The translations under genes and the position numbers were made by a program. Shown here one piece after another: positions 12,772 to 32,690 of a stretch of 64,000 bases of DNA (positions are counted from its first letter, which is position 1; every line of letters starts with the position of its first letter). The stretch is from positions 91,698,001 to 91,762,000 of the forward strand of contig NC_058380.1 of the NCBI RefSeq assembly GCF_018350175.1, given 5' to 3'. The notes under the pieces are model-generated. The model searched no databases, was not told the origin of the DNA, and saw only the letters and a program-made list of their open reading frames with translations. The DNA comes from Felis catus. Lineage: Eukaryota.

Positions 12772-12965
12772 GGGGTGCCCGGGTGGCTCAGTCGGCTAAG
12801 CGTCCGACTTTGGCTCAGGTCATGATCTCACGGTTCGTCCTCCATCGGGCTCTGTGCTGACAGCTTGGAGCCTGGAGCCTGCTTTGGATTCTGCGTCTCC
12901 CTCGCTCTTTGCCCCTCCCCCACTCATGCTCTGTCTCACAAATAAATAAACATTAAAAACATACA
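12772..12965 (+). mobile_element. CAN-SINE
   Basis: ggggtgcccgggtggctcagtcggctaagcg head; aaataaataaacattaaaa tail. Confidence 0.92.
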
Positions 12966-13059
12966 AACAAGGAAAAACGGATGGATTAGAAGTTTCTTTC
13001 CATTGTTGCATTTTTTCATGAGCAAGGGAATACTTACACAACGTACAAGTTTTTTGCTG

Positions 13060-13430
13060 TAGTGATTGATGTTATAATCCAGTCCGTTTTTCCGCCTCAA
13101 TATCTGCAAATTTGATGATAAGCTTGTCACGACTGATCTTTTTCTTCTCACGTTCAAGAGACAGCCCGGCCGTATTTGTCTACTTTTGCTCACAGTTGGT
13201 CCAACTTTTTACTAACCTTAATTTGGGTAATTTTCTTTCGCTCGAAGCCACAGATTAGGGGGAACTTGAAACAGGATACATTTGGCAAAGAGTCATAAAA
13301 ATCCCACTTTACGTCACCTTCTGGAAACTGTGACTCGACCGCAAGCAATCCTAGTGGCTTTTGGACATCTCTGCTGCTGAAAAACTGTGAATTCAAATGA
13401 AAACTCCAAGTGGCCACCCGGAATGACAGG
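13060..13430 (-). mobile_element. Decayed hAT (Tip100/Zaphod-like) transposase C-terminal dimerisation region
   Basis: Minus-strand translation across frameshifts gives WDFYDSLPNV..SVASSERKLPKLRLVKS..LSLEREKKKISRDKLIIKFADIEAEK, resembling the hAT motif SVASCERSFSKLKLIK..LSIE..FA. Confidence 0.7.
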
Positions 13431-14407
13431 ACTCAAATAAATTAAGCGCATTAGTGGCTGCACCAATGTGCTCTGGTGTTCTATTTAAACACGGGACAAC
13501 AAAATCCCATCGGGGCTGGAAACACGGTGCACCCAACGTTTAGGAGCTCCCCCTAGAAACAAAGTTGTAGCTGATTTGCACGCATGCAGCGCGTGTCCAA
13601 AGATAGGTCTCCATCAGTGTGTTGATGCGAAGTCTACCCACTTGGGCTGAAGTCAAGAGGTATCTGGGGCGGTATTTTATCACTGACGTTATCCGGAATT
13701 GGTAGCACGCAGCAGAACTTTTAGCTAGTGTTGTTACGATCTAGCCTTTGGGCCGCAGGACGAGGTGGTGTCAGCGGAGGCGGGCCTGCGGGCCGGGGCT
13801 GCACGCTGCGGGACTGGCCGGAAATCCGTGCAAGGACAGCTGGACCCCCGATCTCCTCCCCAGCCAGCACATCCGGGTGCCTTTCCCTTCCTCACTGGCG
13901 GGCAGTGGGCAGTGAATCCGGTGGTTCCCCGGCCTCAGGGCCGCCGGGCTCCCTTGAAGCTGGCAGTAAGGCTAAGCAGGAGACAGTGGTCAGCGAGATA
14001 CTGCTCTTTGGGACCCTCGGAAGAAAGCGCTGCATCCCAGCCCCATCACCCTGAACAGGAGCCCACCCTGGAAGACCCCGGCATGCCACAAGGCTCCCAG
14101 CTGCTCCTCTGCAGTGTGACAGACAGCGGAGGGTTGTCGCACACTTGAGTGAGACACAGACACCAGACCTGATGGGAGGAGAGCAGGGGCGCTGCGGGTG
14201 CCACAGGAAAACGCGAACAGAGCTGAAATCAGCACCCGCACAGGAGAAGAGCGAAAGCCCTGTGAGACAGGGGCCCCACCGGGGCACACGGAACATAACA
14301 GGGAGCACTTAGAAATGCAAGATGTGCCATCGGGTTGGAGAAAAATGTCTGTAGAACAATTATAAATTTCGAAACTCTCCGAAAAGTAGAACAGAAAGAA
14401 AAGGAAT

Positions 14408-14614
14408 TTAAATGTTTTTTAACATTGATTTAGTTTTGAGAGACAGAGTGAGACAGAGAGTGAGGGGAGGAGGGGCAGACACAGAATCTGGAGCAGGGTC
14501 CAGGCTCTGAGCTGTCAGCACAGGGCCCGATGCGGGGCTCCAACCCATGAACCGTGAGATCATGACCTGAGCCCAAGTCAGACGCTCAACCGACTGAGCC
14601 ACCCAGGCACCCCG
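14408..14614 (-). mobile_element. CAN-SINE
   Basis: Reverse copy ending actgagccacccaggcacccc. Confidence 0.93.
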
Positions 14615-14718
14615 AGCGTTAGACTCTCAATGCCAGACTCTAACATCTTAGTAACAGTGGTTTCAGAGAGTGGAAACAGACAATAGAGAGGAAGAAGTTA
14701 TGAAAGGAATAGCACAAG

Positions 14719-14867
14719 AGGGCACCTGGGGGGCTCAGTCGGTTAAGCCTCCGACTTCCGCTCAGGTCATGATCTTGTGATTCCTGAGTTCCAGCCCCAC
14801 GTCGGGCTCTGCGCTGGCAACTCAGAGCCTGGAGCCTGCTTCGGATTCTGTGTTTCCCTCTCTCTCT
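14719..14867 (+). mobile_element. CAN-SINE running into an assembly gap (N 14868-14995)
   Basis: gggcacctggggggctcagtcggttaagc head; CT tract, then Ns. Confidence 0.9.
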
Positions 14868-15974
14868 NNNNNNNNNNNNNNNNNNNNNNNNNNNNNNNNN
14901 NNNNNNNNNNNNNNNNNNNNNNNNNNNNNNNNNNNNNNNNNNNNNNNNNNNNNNNNNNNNNNNNNNNNNNNNNNNNNNNNNNNNNNNNNNNNNNNGGAAA
15001 AAGGAGGAAGGATAAAAGATTCTGAAAACTTTCAGAGAGCGAGAGCGAGAGCGAGAGAGGATGCACCCACACAAAGCAGATCATTCAGAAAGGCCTGACA
15101 GCCAGGAAAGCATGGGACATCTCAACAGAAAGGTGGACACTAGAAGACAAGGGAACACGCTTTTGAAATCCAAGACAAAACATATTCCAATCTATAATTC
15201 ATGTAATAAAGACACTTTCAAACGTGCTGTGTCTCAAAACATGTGCCTCCCACGTACTCCTGGTCTGAAAGCTACTGGAGCTTTCCTGGGAAAGGAAATA
15301 CAATCATAGTGTATTACCGGGATCCGCTATTAACAATATCCATCGAAATGCTGACAAAGGAAATAACCAGTAACTTTTAAGTCAACAATCAGCAAGAGGC
15401 ACGTTGGTGTGTGGATCCAACCTGACATCATCGGCTTCCATAGGGTGTTCCGCCCCTTCCAGGCACCTGTCCACTCCTTAGGCCCTGGCCAGTCCAAAGC
15501 ACTGCCCACACTCCCCTGGACACCGCCCCAGCCCCACGTACAGGCCCCCGCTCTCCACACTGTGGGCACAGTGCTCTTCGCCAAAGGCAGACTCAGTGGG
15601 TCATCCGTGTTCAAATCTCGAAGAGGCCTCTTCTTTGCAGGCGTCTGTCTGGAACCGTCAGACCCACGACACCTTGTGCACTGGAGGTGAAGCCCAGATG
15701 TCACCTCCTGTGACGCCTACAGTGGAGACAGCCTGGATATAGCAGCTGGAGGGAAAATTTCTCTGGGCTAAATACCATATCAGAGAAGCAGAAAATAGGC
15801 TGAGGGCCCCTGAAAATAGCCGGAGATATTATCCAATCTGAAGGGCAGAGCAAATAAAGGTTGAAAAAAGAACGGTGGGACAGACAGAACTACCAGGATC
15901 ACATCCCAGAGAAAGACAAGACAAAGAGTGGGACAGAAAAATTAAAATATCTAAACACTAGTAAAAATCGTCCC

Positions 15975-16176
15975 TTTTTTGTTTTTAATACTTACTCATT
16001 TTTGAGAGACAGAGACGGAGTGCAAGTGGGGGAGGGGCAGAGAGAGAGAGGGAGACGCAGAATCCGAAGCAGCTCCAGGCTCCCAGAGCCCGATGTGGGG
16101 CTCGAACCCACAAACCGTGAGATCATGACTTGAACTGAAGTCTGGCGCTTAACCGACTGAGCCACCCAGGCGCCCC
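15975..16176 (-). mobile_element. CAN-SINE
   Basis: Reverse copy ending gagccacccaggcgcccc. Confidence 0.93.
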
Positions 16177-16262
16177 CAAATCATCCCAATGTGATGAACA
16201 ACATTAACGTATGTATCCAAGAAGCTCAGGAAACCCGAGTAGGATAAATAAAAACAAAAGTG

Positions 16263-16455
16263 AGCACCTGGGGGGCTAAGCCTCCGACTTTGGCTCAGGT
16301 CATGATCTCTTAGTTCACAAGTTCGAGCCCCGTGTCAAGCTTGAAGCTGTCAGCACAGAGCCTGCTTAGGATTCTGTCTCCCTCCTCTCTCTCTCTGCCC
16401 CTCCCCCACTGCCTTGCGCGTGCACACTCTTGTCTCTCCCCCAAATAAAAAACCA
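16263..16455 (+). mobile_element. CAN-SINE (diverged)
   Basis: gcacctggggggct..ggctcaggtcatgatctc..gttcgagccccg; CT tract; aaataaaa. Confidence 0.88.
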
Positions 16456-17739
16456 AATGTGTACCTGGGCACTTGAAAGGAAAATCCAAAAATCAAGAGA
16501 AAATCTTGAAAGTGGAGAACATGTCACATGACTTGCAGAGGACGATGTTACCAACGACGGTACCCACCGCTGACTTCTCACTTGGAAGCAAGGGAAGTCC
16601 GAAGACGGTGGGACTCGAAAACAGAAATAGCATACGACCCAACAATTCCACTTCCTTGTGTCTAAAGGATTGAAAGCAGGGTGACAAAAAGCTACGTGTA
16701 CATCTGTGTTCATAGCAGGATTACCCACGACATCATTCATAACGGCTAATGGCGGAAGCAACCCACGTCCGCAGCTGGCTGGCTGGCTGGCTGAATGGCC
16801 AATTTTGGTAGGGGCACACGACGGAATAGTATTCAACCTTAAAAAGGAAGGAACTTCGGACACACGCTGTGCGATGAGTGAGCCTTGAGGGCACTGCTGA
16901 GAGCCAGTCACTGCTGACGCACTACTTACCAGGCCTCCTAAAGCTGGTTGTGTGGCACCCGCTCCGGCTCCGGCTCCGTCCCCAACGCTACTCTTCCCTG
17001 GACCCTGAGTCAACTGGAAGCACCCAGAGCCCGGAGGGGCTGTGCGCCGGTGAGTGGGAGGAGGCACAGACACCTGCACCACCCGTGTCCTTGTAGGAGG
17101 GCACGCCACAAGGACAGGGGCACCGGAAGTCTTTGTGGCTTCGGGCCTGGACTCCTGACCAAAGGCTGGATGGGGCTGTGCGGATACCGGCAGATGCCCG
17201 CGCGGACAGAGGACACCTAGGTCTGGATAGCCGTCCTCTGGGCCTGAGCCACCCAGGGCAGTTGCGAGGCTGCGGAGCTGATGCAACTTCTCTTGCCGGG
17301 ATCCCAGCCACGACTCTCGAGGGCCCTGCAGTGGGTTCACGTGGTCAAATGTTGGCGAAATCCACGGACCTCATGTTAACGATCGGTTAAGGCCGCTGCC
17401 TCTTTCCAGGTAGGCTGTTCCTTCATCACACTCTTTCTGGGGCCCACTGGGGAGACCACGGCATTTTTGGGACCCCACTATGGCGATCTCGAGTTGGGAT
17501 GCATTTAGTTGGGGTTTATGGGAGATTTTTATGATGTTGTTTTGCTTGCCTTCCCTGGGTGGGTACGTCTTCTATGGCTGCGAATTGCCCACCCCCACAG
17601 TCTAGGCACGGGGAAGTGAGGAAGAAAACAAGACTTGTGCTCTGAACCAGAAGTGAGTCTGCAAATTGGGAGCAGAGGACCTGGTTCTCCCCAACATCTG
17701 GATAAAGGGCGTGAGTGGGGAAGGTGCCGGGGCGCGCAC

Positions 17740-18338
17740 CCGATACGTTTATCTTCTCCGATAAATGTATTCCATAACAAAGTAGACACAATTTTACGTA
17801 CTGTATATCTTTTTTCTTTTAGACGGGGACTGCATTTGTCAGAATTCCCATCTGTGGAGCAGGGAGCCATAGCAATGCCACCAAGGGTGAGCGCATCTAT
17901 GCAAAGCCCCAAGTGTTACCCAAACCAATGTCAATACCAAAGATGAGGTACAAATTCTGTCAAACGGCCTAGGGAAATGTCTGAGGAGTCTTTCTGTTTT
18001 CATAAAACCATTCTGCAAAGTCATGAGGTGGCCAAGAGAATACAGCCAAAAATGTAATCAAAAGTATTAAAGAGATGCATTTGACACTTCCTACAAATGT
18101 TATTTTTCCAAACTTTGTGATGCTTGAGGAGTTTGTCGGCTTTTGAAAACGTACTGACTTCTCGTTATGTAAGTTATCTGTAAGCTAGTAATTACTGTAA
18201 AATAAAGCATCCATTTTTAACGTTATACAAAATTAACTTTTGTAACTAAGCTTATTTTATCATTTTACTTTTTTTTTTTGAGAGACCCTCCCCAAATTGC
18301 ATATGCTTTAGGCCCCACCAAACCCGGATCCACCCTCG
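17740..18338 (-). mobile_element. 5' terminal part of a Zaphod/MER115-like hAT-Tip100 element
   Basis: Minus strand begins gagggtggatccgggtttggtggggcctaaagcatatgcaatttggggag..aaaaaa, matching my recollection of the caggggcggatccaggttttgtggggcctgaagcttatacaatttgggg terminus; AT-rich interior. Confidence 0.65.
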
Positions 18339-18349
18339 TCCCCAACATC

Positions 18350-19560
18350 TTCGCAACACGTGACCGCAACTCCAGGGAAACGGAACTTCAAACTGCGTGC
18401 AGGGTGACGAAATAAAAAGCACGAAACAGAAACTGAGCTCAAATACAGAAAAGCTGAGGAGGCAACGTGTCCCTTGGCATCCAGTTTTCCGCATCCCCAC
18501 CGCGCACGTGACCGGGAAGGGGGTGGTCCCTCCCCGTGCCCAAAGGTGGACCAGAGGGCTAGGTGTGGGCCCACCGAGCGCCTGCGGGGCCGCCAGTCCC
18601 CCACTGGGGTCGGGGCTCCGCGGTCCTGTCCTCTCGGCGCGCCCCGGCACCCACCCCACTCACGCCATCCCTCCTATTGGCGCCCTCGCCCCCACCGCAC
18701 CCCTGCTCTTCCTGCGCATCGCCCCACCGCACCCCTCCGCCTCCTAGGGGCCCTGGTCTCCCCCGCACACCGGAGCCCCCTCTCCTCCCCGAGTCGCCCC
18801 TCCCCACTTTCCCCCCAGCGGGGATCCGCTGTCCCCACCGCGCGTCCCCTCGCCCTGCCGCCAGCGTCCCCGGGCCTAGCCCAGGGCGCCGTCAGAGCAC
18901 CCTCCGCGCCCGGGCCGCGCACGGCCCCGACGCCTCCCTCCCAACGTCGCGCGCCGCCCGCCGATCCCTCGGCCGAGCCGGGCGCGGATTGGCCTTGAGA
19001 AGAGGGAAGTGTCCGCCCCCCGAGCCGCCGGCCAATGGGGAGGCGGGGGCGGGCCGGCGGCGGGCGCCGGAAGCGGCCGAGCGACGAGGGGACGTCGCGT
19101 CGCCGGGTCTCGAGCAGCTGCCGCGGAGCCGCCGGACGGACCGCCGGACCTGCCTGCCCGCCATGGCCGAGAGCGACTGGGACACGGTGACGGTGCTGCG
19201 CAAGAAGGGCCCCACGGCCGCCCAGGCCAAGTCCAAGCAGGTGCGGCGCCGTGTGGGCCTCGGGACTCAGGGGCGGCCGCGCGGGCGGGGCGGCCGCGGG
19301 GCGGGGAGCCCGGGGATGGGGGACCCGGTGGGGACGGGGACTAGGGGCAGGGTGGGGACCGGGGCTGGGTGGGCCAGGGGGCGGCGGATCAGCAAGGGGC
19401 CTGCGTCAGGGGATGGCCCCGGGGCTAGGAGACAGGAGACCGGCGTGAGGAAAATGGCCGGGCTCGGACAGTTACGACAGAGGCGGGGTGCGGGCAAGGG
19501 CCAGGGCCCGGCCGCAGGATATGGGACTACAGGTCGGCGTGGTGGGAGGACGGAGGGGTG
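18350..19560 (+). promoter_or_regulatory. CpG-island promoter of EDF1
   Basis: High CpG; CACGTGAC E-boxes (~18357, ~18505); ATTGG 18988 and CCAAT 19032; GC boxes; CCGGAAG (ETS-type) at ~19067, just upstream of ATG 19163. Confidence 0.85.
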
Positions 19561-22466
19561 AGGGAGATGGTGGGGGCGTGGACCGGCTGCGCTGGGGTGG
19601 GTGCGGAAAGGCCCAGCAGTCTTTGGAGCCAGGGACACAGGTCCGGGGGTGAGGCTGTAAATAGGGACAGGGACAGGGTGGACTTGCGGCCTCTGACAGC
19701 CGGGATGGGGGGGATGGGGGACCAGGTGAGGTTGAAGAGGTGGACCTGGGGGCGGGGACTGGGGACCGCGGTGCAGATAGGGGGCGGAGGCGGTACGGAC
19801 GCCCCCAGGGTCTCTCCCGCAGATGCCTGGGCAGCCTGACGCTGCCTGTGGAGCATCGCGGAGGCGCGTTTCAGGCCATCGGGGGTCCCTGTGACTGGGC
19901 TGAGGTGGCCTAGAGACCCAGTGCTTCTGGGTCTTTCAAGTGTAGATGACACGCCCTGGGAGGTACTTGGTAACCGGTCTCTAGCTTGGTTAATCTGTGC
20001 GGAATTCACCTGTGAGCTTCAGTGACCACCTCTGCCGGGCCTGGGGCCTGCGCCCTGGTGCCCGGTCTAGGCTGGGACTGGGTGCAGCCTTAGCACCTGG
20101 CAGTCGCTGACCTGCCCTGACCTTATCATTTGCATGGTCAAAACCAAATTCGCTGTTCCTTTTTTTTTTTCCCCAGAGGAAATTTCATAGCCATAAGCTA
20201 GGAGTCACCCGAACATGTCTAGAAAGCATCTCTGAACGTATCACACTCAGAAGGGCCCCGGTCACTTCTCCGAAGCGTCAGAATTGTCAAGAAATGCGTT
20301 GCGTTAACTTTTGGCAAACGTAGACAGAAGGGTATTGCTCTCGTTGGTGATGTCTGGGGGCTGGGCTCTCCTCTCAGGAGTCAGGTCCACGGAGGAAGGT
20401 TGCACCAGGCCAGCGCTTGACCTTCCTTCCTGGTTTTGCAGGAGAGCCTAGTGGAGGAGTAGGTCCGCCGTGAGCACGGATTTCTCAGAGGGACCCGTCA
20501 GCCTGTGCTTGTCCGCAGTGAGGAAGCGAGGGGTGGGGGTGGCGGGCGCGGGGGTACCTCGTACGTGATAGCAGAGGGAGGGTTTTGCGAGGTGAGCTTG
20601 GGTTTCGCACCAGCCGAGCTTGTGAGTCTGGAAGCGCAGCAGTGCCTGGGGCCGTGAACTCGAGCCGGGCTTCCCCGGGCTCCAGAGGCACCTGCCGTGG
20701 GCACGCGTGCTGTCCGGCTAACAGCGGCCTCAGCTGGTGTTTGCCAGACCCTGCCAAAGCCGATTTTGACCAGAACCCTTTTCTGAACGTTCTAGGCTAT
20801 CCTAGCAGCTCAGAGACGGGGAGAAGATGTGGAGACTTCCAAGAAGTGTGAGTACTTGTACTTCCTCACATAACGAGGGTGCGCTGTCGGGGCATCTCTG
20901 TGACAGGCGCCCGCCTCGCCTGTGCTGCCCCCAGGGGTGTCGGGGCGGCTGCCGGCAGCTGGGGCCGCTGCGGGGCTGGGGGACGCCTGGGGTCTTAGCT
21001 GAGCAGCTGTGCTCACTTCCTGTAGTGAGGACAGAATTCTGGACTCCATGCTCTTAAGCCTGTGACTTCCCCGTGTTTGGATACCTGGCTTCCCGTGTCT
21101 CCCTGGCACAGGTCGCTTGTCATGCCTGGTTCCCGTCTTGAAACGGCTTTGTTTTGGGTTTGTTGCAAACCCTGTCCTCTGTTTTTGTCGCATGTTGGTC
21201 CAGGGGCCGCCGGCCAGAACAAACAGCATTCGATCACCAAGAACACGGCCAAGCTGGACCGGGAGACTGAGGAGCTGCACCACGACCGGGTGACCCTGGA
21301 GGTGGGCAAGGTGATCCAGCAAGGCCGGCAGAGCAAGGGGCTGACTCAGAAGGACTTGGCCACGGTGAGCGCGGCAGGGTCGTCCTCCCAGGCTTGGCGG
21401 GGGGGGGGGGGGGGAGGGGGTGGGGGGAGGGGGCCGGGACTCAAGGCCTTGTTTGCCCTTGGCCCTGGGATTCTCTCTGGAAGCCGGGGCAGGGCGGATG
21501 TAAGTTCCTTTCCAGCATGAGGTGGCTTCCAGCGCGTGTAGCCCCAGCTGCTCAGTAAGGCCCTCGGCCGCGTGCTGCCTGGAAGGTGGTGCTTTGGCGA
21601 CTCCCTTGGCTGTGTGCTAGCTTCGTGGCCTCTTCTTACCGAACCGCTATGCGTGTGATACGTTTCTTTAGAAAATCAACGAAAAGCCACAGGTCATCGC
21701 GGACTATGAAAGCGGACGGGCCATTCCTAATAACCAGGTTCTGGGCAAGATCGAGAGAGCTATCGGTGAGTATCTTTAGGTCCCTTATTGGGTCTCCGCT
21801 GCTGCCCTCTGACCAGGTGCCCTCACTGAGCACAGGATGGCCCCTGAGGCCGTGGAATTCTCCAGACCCCTAAGAAGCTCATGAGGGCACCGTCTTGGGC
21901 GCCTTCCCCTGCTTTCACCTTTCACACCCTGTCTACCCCTCCCTCTGCTGCTGGCCAGCGCCCTCTGGGCCTGTGGACAGAGGGCTCAGTGGCCCTCCTG
22001 TTCAGGCACTTGTGTCCCCCCCTCCCCTGCCGCCATGGGTATTGACTTCCTCTCTGGTGTCAGCATGGCCCCCAGCACGGGGAGCTCCCAGAACGCTGGA
22101 GTCCCAGTTCTGGTTCTGGGAGGGGCGTCGGGCCTGTCCGCTGGGGGGCTGGCAGGTGCACGTGGGGAGCTAAGCCCAGCCAGGACTGCTGGTGATCCTC
22201 CGCCTCCCTGCTCTCTCCCGCCTCCTTCCCTCCTTCCCTCCTTCCCTCCTTCCCTCCTTCCCTCCTTCCCTCCTTCCCATGGAGAAGGTCGTGCGGGCAG
22301 TGCTGCCATGTCAGGGCGGATGGGTGGGGACGCTGTGGCGCCGCCCCGCCTCTTGGGTCCCAGACGGGGCGCCGTGGCGGTGAGCGGGCCAATGGCTCTT
22401 TCAGGCCTGAAGCTCCGGGGGAAGGATATCGGGAAGCCGATTGAGAAGGGGCCCAGGGCGAAATGA
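19163..22466 (+). CDS. EDF1: Endothelial differentiation-related factor 1 (MBF1 family, HTH), 148 aa
   Basis: Exons 19163-19240, 20796-20847, 21204-21364, 21672-21765, 22405-22466, all GT-AG. They splice to [51 protein letters not shown]...[25 protein letters not shown]. Confidence 0.99.
22222..22279. repeat. (CCTT/CCCT)n homopyrimidine tract in EDF1 intron 4
   Basis: Read directly: ctccttccctccttccctcc... Confidence 0.9.
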
Positions 22467-22796
22467 ACACAAAGCCTCGAAATCAGTGCGTTCCGGCTGA
22501 TCTCGCCTGGCTGGTTCCCCTTGACCACCGGTGCCAGCGTGGTCTCTTCACGTGGCCGAGCGGAACGCGGGGCGTCAGCCCTGCCCGGGAACCCCCTCTA
22601 CCCTGCTGTCAAACAAAACCTTGCAAAGTATTGCTTCTCCTGATTTTTTTTCCTTCCCATCCCTGGTGTCTGCCCAGCCTCGGGGCGGCTCCCCGGGGAG
22701 CTCTGAGCGGGACCACCTCACGCTGGCGGGGCTGTGGGGTGGGGTGGCCTGACCCAGAAGAGAAGATGTCTTCTCCAGTCGGCTTTTAGAGAAGCT

Positions 22797-22802
22797 AATA
22801 AA
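22797..22802 (+). terminator. Candidate EDF1 polyadenylation signal AATAAA
   Basis: First canonical hexamer I see after the stop; GT/T-rich sequence follows. Confidence 0.55.
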
Positions 22803-23181
22803 CGTGTTGCCCTTCCTGCTGGTGTCCGGTCTGATCTGCCGGGTCCCCGTGTGTGTCTCTCTCTGGCCCACGATGTAGGGAAGAAAGGGTTCTCCTGACA
22901 TGCCCTGGGGAGTACTTGAGGGACCCTGAAGGTCACCCTCTGCGGTGCCGCTTCCTCGTCACCGTCTGCTGGGACAGGCCACAGGCTTTAGTCAGCCCCT
23001 TGATCCCGGACCCGTGCCCTCCCCTGGCGTGGAGTCTCCAGTGGGCTGGACGGCAACGTGGTCTCACCCCAGGCAGGAGGGGGCACTTGGCTGTGCAGGT
23101 GTGGCTGTCTCCCCTTCCCCAGGACGGCCGTGCCCAGTGGGACCTTCCAGGCCCAGGCAGGGCCATGTCAAAACTTCCTGT

Positions 23182-23500
23182 GGGGGTGCCTGGCTGGCTC
23201 GGTCAGTGGAGCATGTGATTTTTTTTTAAAGTTTATTTATTAATTTTGAGAGAGAATGAAGCGGGGAGGGAGGATCCCAAGGAGGCTCCACGCTGTCAGC
23301 ACAGAGCCTGACCCAGAGCTCGAACTCATGAGGCCGTGGCAGATCGTGACCCGAGCAGAAACCAAGAGTTGGATGCTTAACCGACTGAGCCACCCAGGTG
23401 CCCCAGAGCGTGAGGCTCTTGGTCTCAGGGGTCGTGGGTTCAGGCCCCACGTTGGGTTTGGTTGGAGCTTACTTAATGAATAAGTGATTTTTTAAAAAAA
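23182..23500. mobile_element. Nested SINEs: antisense CAN-SINE (23219-23404) inside a short sense SINE
   Basis: Host head gggggtgcctggctggctcggtcagtggagcatgtga stops at 23218 and resumes at 23405 (agagcgtgaggctcttggtctcagggg..ggttcaggccccac). Confidence 0.85.
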
Positions 23501-24285
23501 TTTCCCTTGTGGAAGAGCAGAGCCGGGGACCCTCCCTGGGTTAGGAAGATTCGACTCCGTTGTACTAGGCAAGGAGGGAATGCAGGCACACCACGGGCCT
23601 TGACACCTCCGAGAGAGGGGGGTTGCCTTCATCCTTGGACCCCGTGAGGTCGGGAGGGCGGGAGCCTTGGGTTTGCCTTCCAGTGACCTCAGCAGCATCC
23701 CCAGGGCACCGAGTGACCTCTGAGACACATCATTCCGGGGACCACTCGGATTTGCCCACGGGATGGTGAGCTCGGGGACACTTACAGCACGGACCCTTTA
23801 CCATGGGACAGTGGACGTGGGACCTTTATGTGGAATCACGGACAAAGCAGGGCGTTTCCTCACCAGACCAGCTTTATGTCCCTGACAGCCGCTTCAGCGT
23901 TTGCTAGTCAGTCCGTGTCCGGGGTTTCTCCCTGTCCTGAATTAGAATCACCCAGCGAGGCAGGGGCTGGACAGGGCCTGGGTCAGATTCCCACAGGCTG
24001 GGCTGGACGGCCTGAGTGCTGGGGTGCCCGCCCGGCCAGGGGCAGGGGCTTCTCAGGGTCCCGCTGTATCTGCCTCTGGTGCCTCTAGCCCTCGGCCCCG
24101 TCCCGTGTGGCCTGCCTGTTACCTGTCAGCTGAGTCACTGAGACCTGTGGGAGGTGCCCCCAAGCACATCCTTTCAGGCAGGTTGGGTCAGTTCTGGGGA
24201 TCCCCAAGAGCCCACCTTCCCGCTGACAGAGCAGGGTGCACAGACCTCAGCCAATAAGTCGGGGCTGCCCTCGGGGGCCAGGGCG

Positions 24286-24291
24286 TTTATT
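24286..24291 (-). terminator. MAMDC4 polyadenylation signal AATAAA
   Basis: tttatt on + strand, ~180 nt past the MAMDC4 stop. Confidence 0.75.
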
Positions 24292-24472
24292 GTTGGGGGT
24301 GAGGACCGTACCCAGGTACGTGGGTGACAGTCTCAGTGCTGGGTGACCGCGTGGGGGCTCAGTGCGTCCTAGGGGAGGGGCAGGGGTTGTTCCTTGGGCT
24401 GTCTGCCAGGGATTGGGGGAAGGGGGCAGGGGGCGACCCTCTTGTGAGGAGCCAGAGTCTTCTCTGTGTCAT

Positions 24473-32209
<7,737 letters not shown>

Positions 32210-32269
32210 GGTTGGGCCGCGGGAGTGAGGCCGAGGGACCGCGCACTCCAGGCGGCCTCGCAGGGATTT

Positions 32270-32690
32270 CGCCCGGTTATCTGCCTGTGGCCCCGCAGGC
32301 TGAGTCTGCTCTGCTTGGAGGGGGGCCCTGGCCCCTTCTGTACCCGCTGCCTGTCAGCAGGCCCCGCCCTGTGTCGATGAGGACGAACGTCCGACTGTAA
32401 AAGCGTCCAGGAGAGGGGCCCCTGGCCCAGGTAGGCTCCCACCCGCCCGGATCCTTCTGACCAAAGGTCAGGCCTCAGTCATCACGCCCACCGCCCCAGC
32501 CCTGCCTGGCGGAGGCCCCACCAGAGGAAGCGCCCACTCGGGCTTTGTCTCCCAGAGCTGGGGGCAGGAGCCCAGCACGCACCCCCCACCTGTGCCCCCA
32601 GCCCCACGTTCCGTGCCTCCCTGCCCCAAGTGACCAGGGACTTCGTCCTTCCCCACCACAGTCTGTGGCTGCCTGTTTGCTTATTCCTTT
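32270..32690 (-). promoter_or_regulatory. Putative MAMDC4 proximal promoter (GATA, DR1/HNF4, FOXA motifs)
   Basis: AGATAA (-) 32277-32282; TGACCAAAGGTCA 32458-32470; TGTTTGCTTA 32674-32683. Confidence 0.5.

Larger units (their letters stand above)
15780..16925 (+). mobile_element. Old L1M remnants (ORF1 pieces abutting ORF2-end/3'UTR), interrupted by two SINEs
   Basis: atccaagaagctcagga..aggataaata (IQEAQ..RIN); QEKILK..TADFS in ORF 16473-16673; then catacgacccaacaattccactt..tgttcatagcag..ccttaaaaaggaaggaa..acacgctg. Confidence 0.7.
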
